The notes beneath the pieces are model-generated. The model was not told the origin of the DNA. It ran no database searches and was given only the letters and a program-made list of their open reading frames with translations. The position numbers and the translations under genes are program-made. Shown piece by piece: positions 13,096 to 26,179 of a stretch of DNA of 44,585 bases; positions within the stretch are counted from its first letter, which is position 1, and every line of letters begins with the position of its first letter. The DNA lies in the NCBI GenBank assembly GCA_032718475.1, contig JAUCBJ010001959.1:1-44585 (forward strand). The letters run 5' to 3'. Origin of the DNA: Nemertoderma westbladi. Taxonomy: Eukaryota > Animalia > Xenacoelomorpha.

Positions 13096-13660
13096 CTGTT
13101 TAGAGTATTTACATATATTAGAAACTGTGATTTTTGTATATTTATAAACTTGAATCCCATTTTCTGGGAGCGGTGTAAAAGCTTTTGCGGATATACTCAG
13201 TCCCCCTCGCCCGCAAGGTACCGTTATAGGTGTTTTAACGGACATAAAAGTCATTCTTCGATATGTGTGCTTTGGTGGACATGGTAAGGCAAAAAACCCG
13301 CAATGCGTAAAATACCCTGGCACAGCTTAGCCTTGATGATTCAGATTACGACATCTAACAGCTGGTTGCTGGCATGGAAACGGCCATTGGACACATGGTT
13401 CTTTGTTTAGCTTAACAGCCAATCAGAGCGATTTTTTCTGTCGATGTGGAGATATTTGGCAGATCATGCTAGGAGTGTTCAGTCTTACTGTTTTTCTTGA
13501 TACTGTTGTGTTTTTTCTATCTAGGCCAGGAACACCGGCTCTAGAGTCAATTCATTTCAGACTTTAGAAGAAACATTAGTAGGCTTAAGATTATAGAGCG
13601 TTTAACTGTTATCATAACATATCATTCATAACAATCTTAACAACTCAATCGGCACATATA

Positions 13661-14935
13661 TTGTGGGGCGAGCCACGAAGTTGGCGGAGCCTTAGCGAAT
13701 TGACACTGTTAGGGGGTGGGTCAATTTATGCAAATAGTTGTCGTCGTCGTCGTCGTCGTCGTTGTCGTCGTCGTCGTTGTCGTCGTCGTCGTTGTCGTCG
13801 TCGTTACGATTTTGACATGCTAATAACTTTGTCGGATTTAAAGCTGCCAAGTTGAAAATTTGTAGGTATCAATATGAGCAAAAGTTGAGATTTTTGAGAG
13901 ACTTTCAGACACCATCAGTGCAATGGTCTCCCGCTAGAGGGCCACATGTCTAAACATTAAATGGCCACCCATTTCTTTGCTTTTAATCCGTTTAAGCTGA
14001 AACTTGGGAAGTATGTACTAGACCATTAGCTGTAAATTTCAAAGGAGGCTAATCTGTCTGCAGTTCTCCAGTCTGCCGCTAGAGGGCGAAATGTCCCGAA
14101 TGTGAAATTATTCTTCCATTTAGTTGTTTATGATCTGATTACGCTGAAACTTGTCATATATGTACTAGATGACATCCTGAGTCTTTGTGTGGATTGTAAT
14201 CGGTCCGAAGTTTTCCAGTCTCCCGCTAGAGGGCCACATGTCTAAACATTAAATGGCCACCCATTTCTTTGCTTTTAATCCGTTTAAGCTGAAACTTGGG
14301 AAGTATGTACTAGACCATTAGCTGTAAATTTCAAAGGAGGCTAATCTGTCTGCAGTTCTCCAGTCTGCCGCTAGAGGGCGAAATGTCCCGAATGTGAAAT
14401 TATTCTTCCATTTAGTTGTTTATGATCTGATTACGCTGAAACTTGTCATATATGTACTAGAAGACATCCTAAGTCTTTGTGTGGACAGTAATCGGTCCGG
14501 AGTTTTCGAGTCTGCCGCTAGAGGGCGAAATGTAGGAAAGTGATAACCTTTGCGAATTCCTTGATCTTAATCTATTTAAGCTGAATTTTGGAATATACAG
14601 TACCGGTATGTACTAGACCACATGCCTCGTCTTTGTGAGGAAGGTGATCGATCCGTAGTTCTTTAATATGCCGCTAGAGGGCTAAATGTATGAAAGTGAA
14701 AACCTTCCAACATTTCGTTATTTATGATCCGTCAATCGGAAACTTGGTAGATATGTAATAGACCATAGGATGTGGCTTTGTAGGGAAACTAATCCTTCCT
14801 TCTTCAGTTACCCAGTCTCCCGCTAGAGGGTTAACGTTTTCCGGGAAAATCTTCTCCTATGTTTTTATAATCCTTTCGAGTTGATACTTAGCATTAACTC
14901 ATTTCACGTGCTGCGCGAAGGCCCCACTTCGTGTA
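13661..14935 (+). mobile_element. 1275 bp HINE/DINE-1-like repeat, copy B (direct repeat of copy A, offset 3372)
   Basis: Only 2 substitutions spotted versus copy A by eye; identical microsatellite length. Confidence 0.8.
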
Positions 14936-15173
14936 AGATATTCATACTAATTATCTGTTTAGATGATCTTGGGCAACCGGCTACTATTACCCTTAATATA
15001 AAAAATCCTATCTGCTAAAAATGTTTTTATATTAAGGGTGAGTGAGGGTGTATAAACGGTACTTACATAAATATGCATACGTTGTGGCATGCAGGCAGAT
15101 GAAATTATTTATATAAAGCACTCCATGTTACTAGCGATTAATTAATAAGATTTATTTAATTTGTATTATAAAG

Positions 15174-15381
15174 GAATCCGCTCTGCAAATCATTTAATTA
15201 TCGCAATAAAGTACTGATGAATCCTCCCTTCTCATGCCAGTTGAATGGAGCGTATAAAGAAGATGTCCCAGACCACGAGTTCATATCAACTGATATATTT
15301 GATTACATGGCTGTTAGTGATGATGGAGGGACATCAGCTTTATCAGATACCAACCTCGCAAATCGAACCACAACACCCACT
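15174..15381 (+). CDS. Host gene exon 2: second half of PAN domain + Thr-rich linker
   Basis: AAG|G acceptor; NPLCKSFNY...CQLN...FDYM completes PAN in the correct phase; donor GTAAGT. Confidence 0.8.
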
Positions 15382-15514
15382 GTAAGTGATACCGGTACAA
15401 TAACAACATGGGATTTAAATACAAAATAAACACTGGAAGAAAATCCAAAAACGAAACTAATCTATTAACATATAATTCAAAATTTATTAAAGTAAAATTA
15501 TTTTATAATTTCAG

Positions 15515-15590
15515 TGCAACTGTACCGGAAGAGAAACCAAACAAGTTGAAGGATACATTGAGAGTGGATGCCAAATGGGCCCCAAAAAAC
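15515..15590 (+). CDS. Host gene exon 3 (short Cys-containing exon)
   Basis: TTTCAG acceptor, CNCTGRETKQVEGYIESGCQMGPKK, GTAATG donor; supplies the needed phase 0 to 1 change. Confidence 0.55.
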
Positions 15591-15807
15591 GTAATGTATT
15601 TTTCATTTTATACAACCACTGAAAGAACTGCTGTATCTTATGGAGTCAAAACGAAAATTTATGTTAGATTTCATTCTTCGGGAGATTTTGGATTACTGGA
15701 TGGACTAGAAAATGGAAGATCATCTATTATTATTATACTTATTTATTAATTATTAATTCAACTTTATGTTGTTTATTTATCTAACAAAATTAAACAAATT
15801 ATTTCAG

Positions 15808-15966
15808 ATATTGGAGAATGGAGTGAATGGACCACGATCAGCAGTGCATGTCCACCAGCAATACCATATAGGCAATGGAGAAGCTGTGAAAAAATGAGAT
15901 GGGATGGGGGATGCGATGGTATTGAAGATTTTCCACGTTGTCCGCTTAATGCGAATATTATATATG
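15808..15966 (+). CDS. Host gene exon 4: thrombospondin type-1-like repeat
   Basis: TTTCAG / GTGAGT, 159 nt phase 1-1; GEWSEW..C....RQWRSC.....CDG....C. Confidence 0.7.
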
Positions 15967-16620
15967 GTGAGTCTGATGCATTCAAATAATGCATTAAATA
16001 TTGGATCAATTTGAATAATGTATTGGATGAGAGTGCATTAAATTTATAGCAAGTTAATTTGAAGCAAAGTCCATTATCTCAGGACGTTTTAGCAAAATTG
16101 TAAATAATTTAATATTAATTACATGTAACATTGATAATCTCAAGTTAGTTAATCGCTTGGAGTTACTTAATTATCATAATAATGAATTTGAAGTGCCAGT
16201 TATTCTAATGAGAAACTGAATAATTCTCATAATAATTACTAACTAAAGTCCATGTTTTACATTATGCAGTCAGCATATTATCGCAGGGAGCTGATTTTGG
16301 GCTCATTCTGTTCGGAATATAACGATTTTATTCAAATCCACTTCCAATTTTATAATCTTATTATTTGTTCTCATTCAAAAACGCTGTTAAAAAAATACAC
16401 ATTTTTCAAAATTATGCTCCAACATTCGAGATTTTTCAGTCTAATATAGCAATAATAGCTAGTTTAAAAAAATATATAGGTTTATATCTTATTATTTAGC
16501 GACATTGAAATAATTACGTCTCAAATGCATCCAAATCGTTGTTTGTCTGTAATAATTATCGGAATCGTGTAATGTTAAATAAACGATGCTATTATTTTGA
16601 GGAACTTGGACAACCACTAA

Positions 16621-18975
16621 ATACTACTACGATCGGCATGCTGCATTGCAGCTGCATTATATATATATTACATATATATTTATAATGCTGTGCTGGCTTG
16701 TCGATAAAATTGCGCCACAACTCCCTATCACCCATGACATTTGCTAGATTATCCGCATATTCAAGGCCAGTGTCCCTTAAAAGATGCGTCTCAAGAAAGT
16801 CATGGGCTGGCTGTCCACCATGCTTATTCACTCCATGAGGCTGCCAAAGTACAAGATAATGCATTGAGTGGTCGTCACGGTGAAACCAATGTCCTGCAAA
16901 GCGGAGGCGGTTCCGTTCAAGAGTCGAGATAGGGAAGACTATTGGAACACCTCCAGTGTTGTATAGAGTCTGATTGGAGATGTGTTCATTGTACTTGACA
17001 CAATGAACCCAGCGAAAATCCACGGTACTTTCTTTTGAAAGTGCCAGGATTTGTTATCCTCTGCAGTTAGAGCCCAGCATGGAGTCCCATATAAGAAAGA
17101 GTACTGGTACTACTACAGCCATAAATAATCGAACCTTATGGTTCAGTTTTATTATATGAGACTTCCAAATCCTGGACAGAATATTTAACGCTGCCCATGC
17201 CTTCCCTTTATGTATACAACTGACTTTCGGATCCCAATCTATTTATATAATCTAAATAATCTATCAATCTAAATTTATTTAGATCCCATGTAGCAGAAGT
17301 CATCCACATGCTCGAGCAAGCCGTCCCTAGAACTTATGCCCTTACGATCAGACATTTCTTCAGGGATGTTTAGATTCACTGTCATGGTTTTGGTCTTCTT
17401 GGAGTTAACAAAAAGACCAACACTAGAACAACCTGCTCCAATTAGCAGACGGGAGCCTTTGGGCTCACTCTAGTGATTCTGACAGTACCCCTATGTCATC
17501 AGCAAAGTCTAGATCATTAAGGTACTTTGCTGAAATTCCTCTACTTCGTGTGCCAGTAGTGGGTGTTACCATCACCCTATCTTTATTAAGACGGTCCAAG
17601 GACGAAGGACATGAATAATGAGTATAACATAATCTCAAAATAATAGGATTCATATTCTGCGTGTTAGAGTGGACATTTCGGCAGTTCCGAATTCTGTGGT
17701 CAGTGCAGGGGGCCTTAATCCTGATTCGATGGTATACAGGAACTGTTTCCGCAGCTGCTAACTTAACTGCTTCTGTGAAAGCAGTATAGCCCTCGCAGTG
17801 ATCTGTTGCCTCAAGAGGCGAGAACCTCATACCTGTTGCTCAGCTGTAGTGTGAAGCTGGATCTCACACTTGGCTGTTGCAACAGAGAGGACCAGTCATG
17901 CCGCGGCAAGGCAGATTTCATAGTTTTGTTAGCATGCAGACTAAGTCTTACCTTGGCCACAATAAGGCGGTGATCACTGGAGAAAGGTCGTAGTGTAAAT
18001 GCACTACAGTCTTGTACAGAGCTGCATTTCCTACGAAACAGAATGTGGTCTATCTGGGACTTGTGGCCACTGGGTCCAGTGTAAGTCCTTAGCTTTCCAG
18101 TATGCTTCTTGAACTGAGTTCCAAATGAAATGAGATGAAATCCTGAAGATGGATGGAATTTCGGTTAACACTATTGCTGTAGTCCCAGGGCACTTGCATT
18201 GAAGCTCGCCTTGTTGCATTGGGGACCCAAGTGTTAGTGCATTAACTCGCTAGTCTAGTGACTTGCCTCAATTTACCGAAGGCTTGGCTATTCGGGGTGA
18301 AATGTGAGAGTAGCCTCCAACTCCAGAATCCCTCTCCACCTCGCAATCTGGCCTCCCTAGTGACCCAGGTTTTGGGCCAGTAAGGTCATCAGGAAAGGGA
18401 TCAGGTAAGACAGGCAGCCAGTCAGGAGATAACTGACGACTGTGAGGCCTATTGTGTCTGGTAGTTCTAGTGGCCAGACCTCCGCATTACTAATGTAATC
18501 CATAGTGGTGGATGGGGGTGCTTTTTTGCCAAGTTGGCTCTCCGGGCAAATACCACACCCTGTTTGCCATTCCACAGGGTGGGTGTCGCAGTGAAATCAG
18601 ATATGAGGCCCATCACACATACCTACTCTGAATCACATGTTCCACCATTGACTGTGCAGCTCAACTGCTGGGCCACGCCCTGTACCCCAGATGCATTTCG
18701 CATTGGAGTGCAACAAATTGGAGACGAGTACGCTCTACTGCGCTCTATTGGTGGATAACAATCTGACTGGTTAGGCCATATACCCCTGCAGCCAAGTATA
18801 TGGGTCCTTAACCCAGGACCAAGGGTGTTCCTATCCCAGAATGAAGGGAGTCCTAGTTACACGACCAGATAATGCCCTTATTCAGAGGGTCTATGCAGCC
18901 ACAGGTGGCCCCTGCTTTATGCTGCATGGAGGTGGCAAGTTTCCTGAATCAATGACCCAGAATACCTGACCTGAC
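16621..18975 (-). mobile_element. Degenerate RTE-type non-LTR retrotransposon with internal deletions
   Basis: APE fragment PFSSDHRLIV (~17955-17990), RT YLNDLDFADDI, DDFCYMG, RLRFAGH; (TAG)n tail at ~16621; same family as 42280-42914; 5' limit approximate. Confidence 0.8.
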
Positions 18976-19267
18976 CACTATTAAATATATACTAAACCAA
19001 TTAAGCTGAATTTTATCCAGTCATTTATATTCGTAGAATCATAACCTCCAATTTTCGTTTTTCAAGGACCACCCTAGTATATATATATATATGTTGGTCC
19101 TTTTAAAACTTTTCCTTTATTATGTTATTACATTTACTGCATATATAAGTTAGTTATTAACTATATTGGTTATTATTTTTGTGCAAAATTAAGTGTTTGT
19201 TTTATCTTTCCTGTACTGCTGTGATATTAGTATGTATCCTAATAGTAATAATAATATAATATTGCAG

Positions 19268-19390
19268 ATGATGACGAATGTCTTTCTAATACACACAATT
19301 GTGACATAAATGCATACTGCAACAATACCATCGGTTCCTTTAATTGTAATTGCAAATCAGGTTTCGAGGGAGATGGCATTATCTGTACAG
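19268..19390 (+). CDS. Host gene exon 5: calcium-binding EGF domain
   Basis: [41 protein letters not shown]; CAG / GTAATA; 123 nt phase 1-1. Confidence 0.92.
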
Positions 19391-19654
19391 GTAATAATTA
19401 TTGGACTGGTAGAATTACGTGAAGGTTTAAATACCGGTACAAAATAACAAAAAACCAAGGCTGCAAGGTACACCAGCATTACCTTGTACCGTGTACAAGT
19501 AGGCCTAAAGAAATTCATGGCAAATAAGTTGAAAATACAGGAAATCTACATATACAAGTCTTTATACTGATCTTTTTACTATGGTGTGTTGAATTTTGCT
19601 TTTGCTACAGTAGCTAAAACTAATTACTGATAAACAAGAGGTCTATCTACATTA

Positions 19655-20030
19655 AAACATCTCTAAACTTTGCTGACGAACTATGATTACTCTCAGAATC
19701 ACTAGAGAGAGCCCAGCAGCTCATCAGATCATTAGATCAGGGTACTTCTAGTTTTGTCTATTTCTTCAATCTATTTTGACAGTTAAATCAGACAGTCATA
19801 CTAAGTGGTCAGACTTAATTGACAGTCATCAGAAAATTTCTGAACATATTAGCATAAGATATATTGATGGTGTACTTGAGCACGTGAGCAAGGTGGACAG
19901 CGCATGACTTTCTTGAGAAGCCCCTTAAAGGAAATATACATACCTCGCAGAGGTGGATATTCTTGTGAAGCATATGGGGGATAGGGAGTTCTGGAGTTGT
20001 AATTTTGGTGAAACGCTGGCATAGCATTCT
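19655..20030 (+). mobile_element. Old RTE-type LINE fragment
   Basis: LNFADEL.LLSESLERAQQL and GGQRMTFLR match the other two RTE copies. Confidence 0.6.
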
Positions 20031-20394
20031 TAATGCACGCTACGTTGTTACATCAAGGCAATTGTAGATTGCATGATGGTGATACAAATTTTTTGATAAG
20101 CCATCATAGCATCTCAATGTGCAGCTGCAATACAACAGGCAGATTATAGATAGATAAATAGATGATACACAGTACCAAAAAACAGAATACTACGATAATA
20201 CTCAAACCTTCAAATATAGTTCAGAATAATATTTTTCACAAATTTGAAAGAAAATTTTTGGAAGAAAAGTTTATCACATTTCATCCATATTTCACACATA
20301 CTTGAAATAAATGTACAAACCTATTCAAAATGATATTCTTTGAATACATGAATAGCATTATGACAACTTACCGTTGGCAAATTATATCTCTTAG

Positions 20395-20511
20395 ATATTG
20401 ATGAATGCCTAAGGGACACCCACAGCTGTGAGGCGAACTCGATTTGTAACAATACAATAGGCTCCTATGACTGCATTTGCCCCTACGGATATATTTGGAA
20501 TGATGAATATT
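20395..20511 (+). CDS. Host gene exon 6: calcium-binding EGF domain
   Basis: DIDECLRDTHSCEANSICNNTIGSYDCICPYGY; TAG / GTAAGT; 6th Cys formed across the junction (T|GT). Confidence 0.92.
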
Positions 20512-21268
20512 GTAAGTTTTAAATTCAAAAATATAAAATTTAATAATTTATATAATATTTAATATCATTAAAATCAACGAATTATTAACATATGATAAAA
20601 ACAAATTCATTATACCACATTTTATTCACATTAAATAATTAATTTATCTACTTTAAGTACTCTGATTCACAATGGAATTCATTGAAATCTCAAAAAAGTG
20701 GTGTCAATTCACTGGTACAGTCACATACAGTTGCAACACTCTGTCTAGAAGACATTTCTTCACTACTTCACTAATAATACATCATGTTCAATACATCGAA
20801 TTGAGAATGGGTATAGTCATACTTTGCGATTAAAGCAAGGCAATAAAATATACTAGAAATGTACTGAAAGATAATAAAGGGGCTGCAATGCTTTATTAAT
20901 ATCATAATGTTGAAATTTTCACAAACCCAATAACATTATTAATGAATGAGACTAATTAAATTTTAACATCCCAATGTTGTAAAAAGCCATGTAAATGAAC
21001 AATTCGTATTTTTTTTGAGGGATATCAATATCTGACAATATTATATTATCTCTAAACACCAGTGGAAGTAGAACAGAATCATATAAAAGCTAATTAGTGA
21101 TAAGATGGCAGTGACCAGAAAGTTGAATCTATAGCGCCTGCAGAGTGGTGCTGGGTACTGGAAACTATATAAGTATCTTCCGAGGATATATATACAATGG
21201 CTCATTTGGTTATTTGTTGCACCAAAAATCAAAACTATAGTCCTTATTCTCTATTACAATATTTACAG

Positions 21269-21934
21269 GTTCCTGTGCTACTCAAGCCTACTGGCCTTTG
21301 AGTATCCAGTATGGAGCTACTGATAAACTTGGGGATCTAAATGGAACCATTTATAAGAGAATATCATTTGGTGTCGGACCAGCAGGAGTTAATGACCAGG
21401 CCATGTATTTCCGTGAAGGTTATGTTTCTATTCAACATGGTATTGAACTGCTCTCAGAAACATTTACACTAACAGCATTCATAAAGCCGATATTTGATGG
21501 AACAGGTGCTATTATTGAATTTGGAGATCCTGGTACAAGAGGTTCACATTTTCTTTTACACCCGAGTATATCCACTCTTTGGTACAACAGCATGAATGGG
21601 GCATCACAAACAGTGTTTAACCTGGATAATGCTGTAGAAATAAATGTGTGGCAAATGGTGGCCCTCATTGTCACAGCTGCGGAGAAGAAGGTGGTGATAT
21701 ATAGTCGAAAAGTAGGAAACGCAGATCATCTAAGATTGGAGTTAGGAACACCTTCAACAGGACGACGTTCTGGAGATTCCAACACGCTAACAATAGGAAG
21801 AGAACCAAATGTGAATAATGCATTTAAAGGATACATAGCCCATGTCCGGTATTACAGCTGTTATGTATCAGCATTCCAATTGGAAGACATTTACGGAGAG
21901 AGTTTAGGACTAGAAACTCAGTTTGACAGTTCAG
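21269..21934 (+). CDS. Host gene exon 7: LamG/concanavalin A-like domain 1
   Basis: YWPL..D..G..NG, FTLTAFIKP, NVWQMVA, LTIG....FKGYIAHVRYY; TTTACAG acceptor, G|GTTAGT donor (read-through stop at 21939). Confidence 0.88.
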
Positions 21935-22228
21935 GTTAGTTAAATTTAAATCATTTTTTAAATTGAGTAGGATTTAATAAATGGGGAATGTGTTCCAGAT
22001 CTTCACAGATTTATAACTCTGTATAGATGATATATTTTGTAATAAAGCCCCTATCATGAATAAAGCAAAGATAAGGAAAGGCAATGTTATAACTATATTG
22101 ATATGGACATAATTATTAGAAGTTTTGTCGGGTACAGCTTTACAAAGCGACTCGGCAATGACTTCCAGTCAGTTGCAGTGAGAGGTTTAAGACTTTAAGT
22201 ACTGTAGGGTTGAGCACAGTGGCAGCAT

Positions 22229-23375
22229 ATGATGGTATTGACAGATGGGTGGCCATGAGGAGGTAAATTGCGGACATACAAAATTTAAATATGAAAAAAG
22301 ATATGTAAAATTTCTTCAAATTTCAAAATTGTTAATGCAAAAATTAATAATTACATTAGATTTTGAGGAGTCATCAGACCGTACAAAGAGAAGAAATGTT
22401 CAATAAATTACTGATCATTATGAAACTTCTGCGCTAGTAGCAGCAACAGCTTCTTCCTTTCAATCAGCAGGTAAAGTGAAGAGCGGGCAGCAGATTCGCT
22501 TAATAAGTGATCATAAGTTTACATCTTATACACCAAACCAATCTATTGCTTTGATATTAAATGCCAAATTGACCAAAGCAGCGTATAATGTACTTCGCCT
22601 TCAAGCTATTAATAAATCTGCCAATTTAAATCCAGCTTACAACCGCGTTCGTGAAGCTAAACAGTTGTGCTACCCAACTGGAATTGAAGTCAGCAATTTT
22701 TCGGCATCCATCCCTCTTCAACATCTATTAGACCATACCGTTTCTCGAATCTGTGAAACCAGCAATGATGTTATTGAGTCCTTAAATTCTAATTCCAAAA
22801 CCGGCAATATTTGTAGATTTGGGCTTTGAACTAAAGCTGGATTTGATGGTAGCTCTGGCCAATCAAGATACAAACAGCTTCCCAGAATTGATGGTGATAC
22901 AGATGGTTCGAACATATTTATATCCTGCTTGGTTCCACTCGAATTGAGGGCATTCTCAGAATCATCTGAAAAACTTATAATTTGGCGAAATCAACATCCA
23001 TCATCAACATTATATTGCCGACCAATTCGATTCGAGTTCACTAAGGAGACTAAACAAAGGATTCTTGCTGAAGACATAAGACTCACGAGTGAGAAAAATG
23101 CCTTGATGCCATCTGAGGTTGTAATTGGTACTGAAAAATTACATGTCGAACATATATATTCGATCTCACAATGATTGATGGGAAGGTTCATACAGCACTC
23201 AGTGACATGACAGAAAGTTCACAGAGTTGTGACTTGTGTGGGGCCATACCTTCCCAGATGAACAATATTAAAACCTTGCTAGCCCGTCCAGTCTCCAAGG
23301 AAACTAAAATGTACCATCATGGACTATCCATTTTACATCAATGGATTCGATTTTTTGAGTGCCTGTTGCACATTG
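22229..23375 (+). pseudogene. Transib (RAG1-core-related) DDE transposase, 5' part
   Basis: FEESSDRTKRR, GFDGSSGQSRYKQ (D1), PSSTLYCRPIRF, MIDGK (D2), CDLC, GLSILHQWIRFFECLLHI; stops and frameshifts; probable intron 22263-22359; start approximate. Confidence 0.88.
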
Positions 23376-25535
23376 TGATAAACAACCGCGACCTCTATAC
23401 TAACAGCAGAACTGTTGAACAGACAAATACCCGTTAATATCCTTCTGTCAACCTAATGAGCTCTCGCCTAACCAATAAGACACAAAAAATGCTCTACTGT
23501 TAAGTAAAGGGGATCAGGAGCGTGCTATTACTAAATTGTAAGGGTTGCTAAATACAAAACTGCTACTTACCGTTGGATGGCGCTAATCTGCCGTCCGCTA
23601 ATATATTTTACTAAATTGACACAACTCCTGCAAAATCGCTTGTTCCTTTCTCTACCGATTGCTCGATAGAGAGCTAACTGTTCGAATCTATGAGCCACGC
23701 GGGAATAACCAAAACAATAAACCCGAGTCGGCTCCCTAAGCTTACTTAAGACGAGTGCGAGAGGCTTTGCACTCAGAGTATTCTTACGCCTAAATTTATC
23801 ACTATTAAAGCACGCTATTGTCTACGTCTTTTCTAATCGCGAATACTGGGGGTTCTCTAACGTAATGTGTGAATGCGAGAATATTTAAAATAATCAAATG
23901 ATACAGTATTTGTTTCTACGTAAATAGTACCGCTCTGGGTCTAAACTTGCCTGCCGCTGGCTTTAGGCCAGCAAAATTACTAGCGTATTGTGTGTGCCGA
24001 ATAGTGCGATCTAGCTGATTGCCCGCTAATGCAAATAACCGCTCAGCGTGAATAGTTTACAGTACTCTAATTATTACCTTAGCTACTCTCCGCTATGCTG
24101 CGTACTAAGTCTTAATTTTACTAATCAATTACAGTCACAAATATGTAACAGCGTACTAATTACTAAGAGTTCCAGAATGCGTAATTCTAATTTATTACGC
24201 AACAGGTTTCGCTAGTAATAGCCTAAATTGCCGTATTACTTTGACCTAATCAGTAACTAATTGTTGTAACTAAGAAATAGAAATCAATCAAAGAGAAAAG
24301 AGCGCCTACCTAAACATTCACAATCATAGGCACACTTCAGTAACACACCAATCAGCGTCAACAATCACAGTTCGCAATTATGCAGTTAACTACTGTATAA
24401 CCCACAATTATGCGACTCACTATTCTTACTCCACACTCAACGTTGTAATACGCGCAGGCCTCTCCCGGATACATCTAGGATTCCTAACTAACCCAATTCC
24501 TGCCCCCCTAATACTAAATAGAGACGAAACCTGGATCATCAGCCCCCTAGTTACTGTATCGGCGAATGGTCTGCGTGTTACAGTGCAAATGCCCGCCCGC
24601 AACGTTGACCCCCCGCCAGCGTTGCCCGTCTTTGAATCCTCCGCTCTCCCTTAGTCGCTCAACCCCCGATGTGCCCACCGCCTACTGGCACCTTAGCCCT
24701 CCATTATGCTAATAGCTACCGTAGCGGCGCATGCAAAATCACAAAGTCTGACAGTCTCAGAAATCCCTTAGGATTATTGCGTAGAAAGGAATCACATAGA
24801 ACCATTAATCAAAAGGTAGAAATCATAGTTCCGATTGTAATTAGCAGCAATCGATAGGATTAATTGAGAAACACAATCAAGAATAATCGCACTAGCAAAT
24901 CATTTCGAGAAATTAATCGAAAATAGCAAATTGCAGAAATACGCTAAAATATCCGTCAAAAAATGAATAGGGACAGCTCAGCAAGTACAGGGGTGATAGC
25001 ATGAGCTCTACCGGCACACCGCCAATTTATAGGTGATCCGAGTGGGTGATGCAATAGGGTGACTCAATCGCTCTCCCATTGGCTCTCCAGTCCGCGCTAG
25101 CATTAGACCAACCTGGAAGCAGTTAGTCCAATAAGGAGGCCGGATTGTAGCCCTATTGCCCTCAAATTATTACCATATATGGTAATGGATCATGTTCCTG
25201 GCTGCTGAATAGCCAAGACAGCGTCCCTATGCTAGCCCTATTGAAGCTAATATCAGCAAGCACGAAATCCAGGGTCCGACTAAACTTGCTACCCTGGAAC
25301 TATCTACATATATCCTAATACAAAATTACGTAGGTAGGGCTACATATTATACAAAATGGATGGGTTCAAATATATGGGCATTTCGATTTCCCTATCTAAA
25401 TATCATTGCGTTATTATGCCTTATCTAAAATATTATGCTGCACAACGGACTAATATTACGTACAGTATAACGGACTAATATTGCATACTGCATAACGGAC
25501 TAAAATATGTGGATACAGCGCCATATACCGTAACA
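23376..25535 (-). repeat. 3' LTR (23376-24697 shared with the other LTR; probably extends to 25535)
   Basis: Minus strand TGTTACGG...TTTATCA preceded by purine-rich GGAGCGG; CArG CCATATATGG (~25173), CCAAT (~25078), TATAAA (~25026-25031), AATAAA (24191-24196). The 25535 boundary is inferred. Confidence 0.75.
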
Positions 25536-26179
25536 CCGCTCCAAGGGAAATCATACAATGTTTCCCTCCAATTGTAGAAGAGTATAAGGTGATGTATACA
25601 AAACAAAATAAATTTCTTCCAACTAATCTAAATACTTGATACTATAAATCCTACTATTTACAAAATATTGCGATAGATATTGCATAATGAATTGCATACA
25701 AATTAAATTTACAAATATTATCTCTCTCATACAAATTAAATTTACAAAATATTGTTTCTCGTTCGTTCTACATAATGATTACTACATACAAAATCAAATA
25801 TATAAAATTTTGCTAGGGCAAGTGAAAGGAGTAAGCCAAACCCGCAGGTTTGTCTCCCCAATCACTTCCTTTGCCTCTCTCATAATATAAATTCAAACAG
25901 CTCAACTAGTGTATATGAGTCTAGTCGAAGATTTCTAAAATGCTACAATATACATCAGAGCGACGATGATGTATATATCTAGAGTCTGTCGCCCTGTGCT
26001 ATAATGTATTATCGACCCGCTCCTGGGTTCTTTGGGCTCGCTCCTCTCTTTCGCCCTCTTCCCAGATACACCAGTCTACCTCCAGTCGACTCCGTTGACG
26101 GCGTCCGTGAGGCGTCACTCCCCGGAACCGGCGACGATGTTCCCTGAGCCCCGACAGATTCCCGGCTTGTGCTTTTTCC

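Noticed and set aside
10289-14935. Canonical LTR retrotransposon or TRIM
   Set aside because: Repeats end in GTGTA not CA; no TSD, PBS or PPT; repeat ends occur as an independent element at 1973-2590
22215-22222. CACAGTGG as the Transib left TIR
   Set aside because: Only 8 bp match to the right end, flanking 5-mers differ (TTGAG vs CCCCC) and it is very close to the coding region; left as unproven
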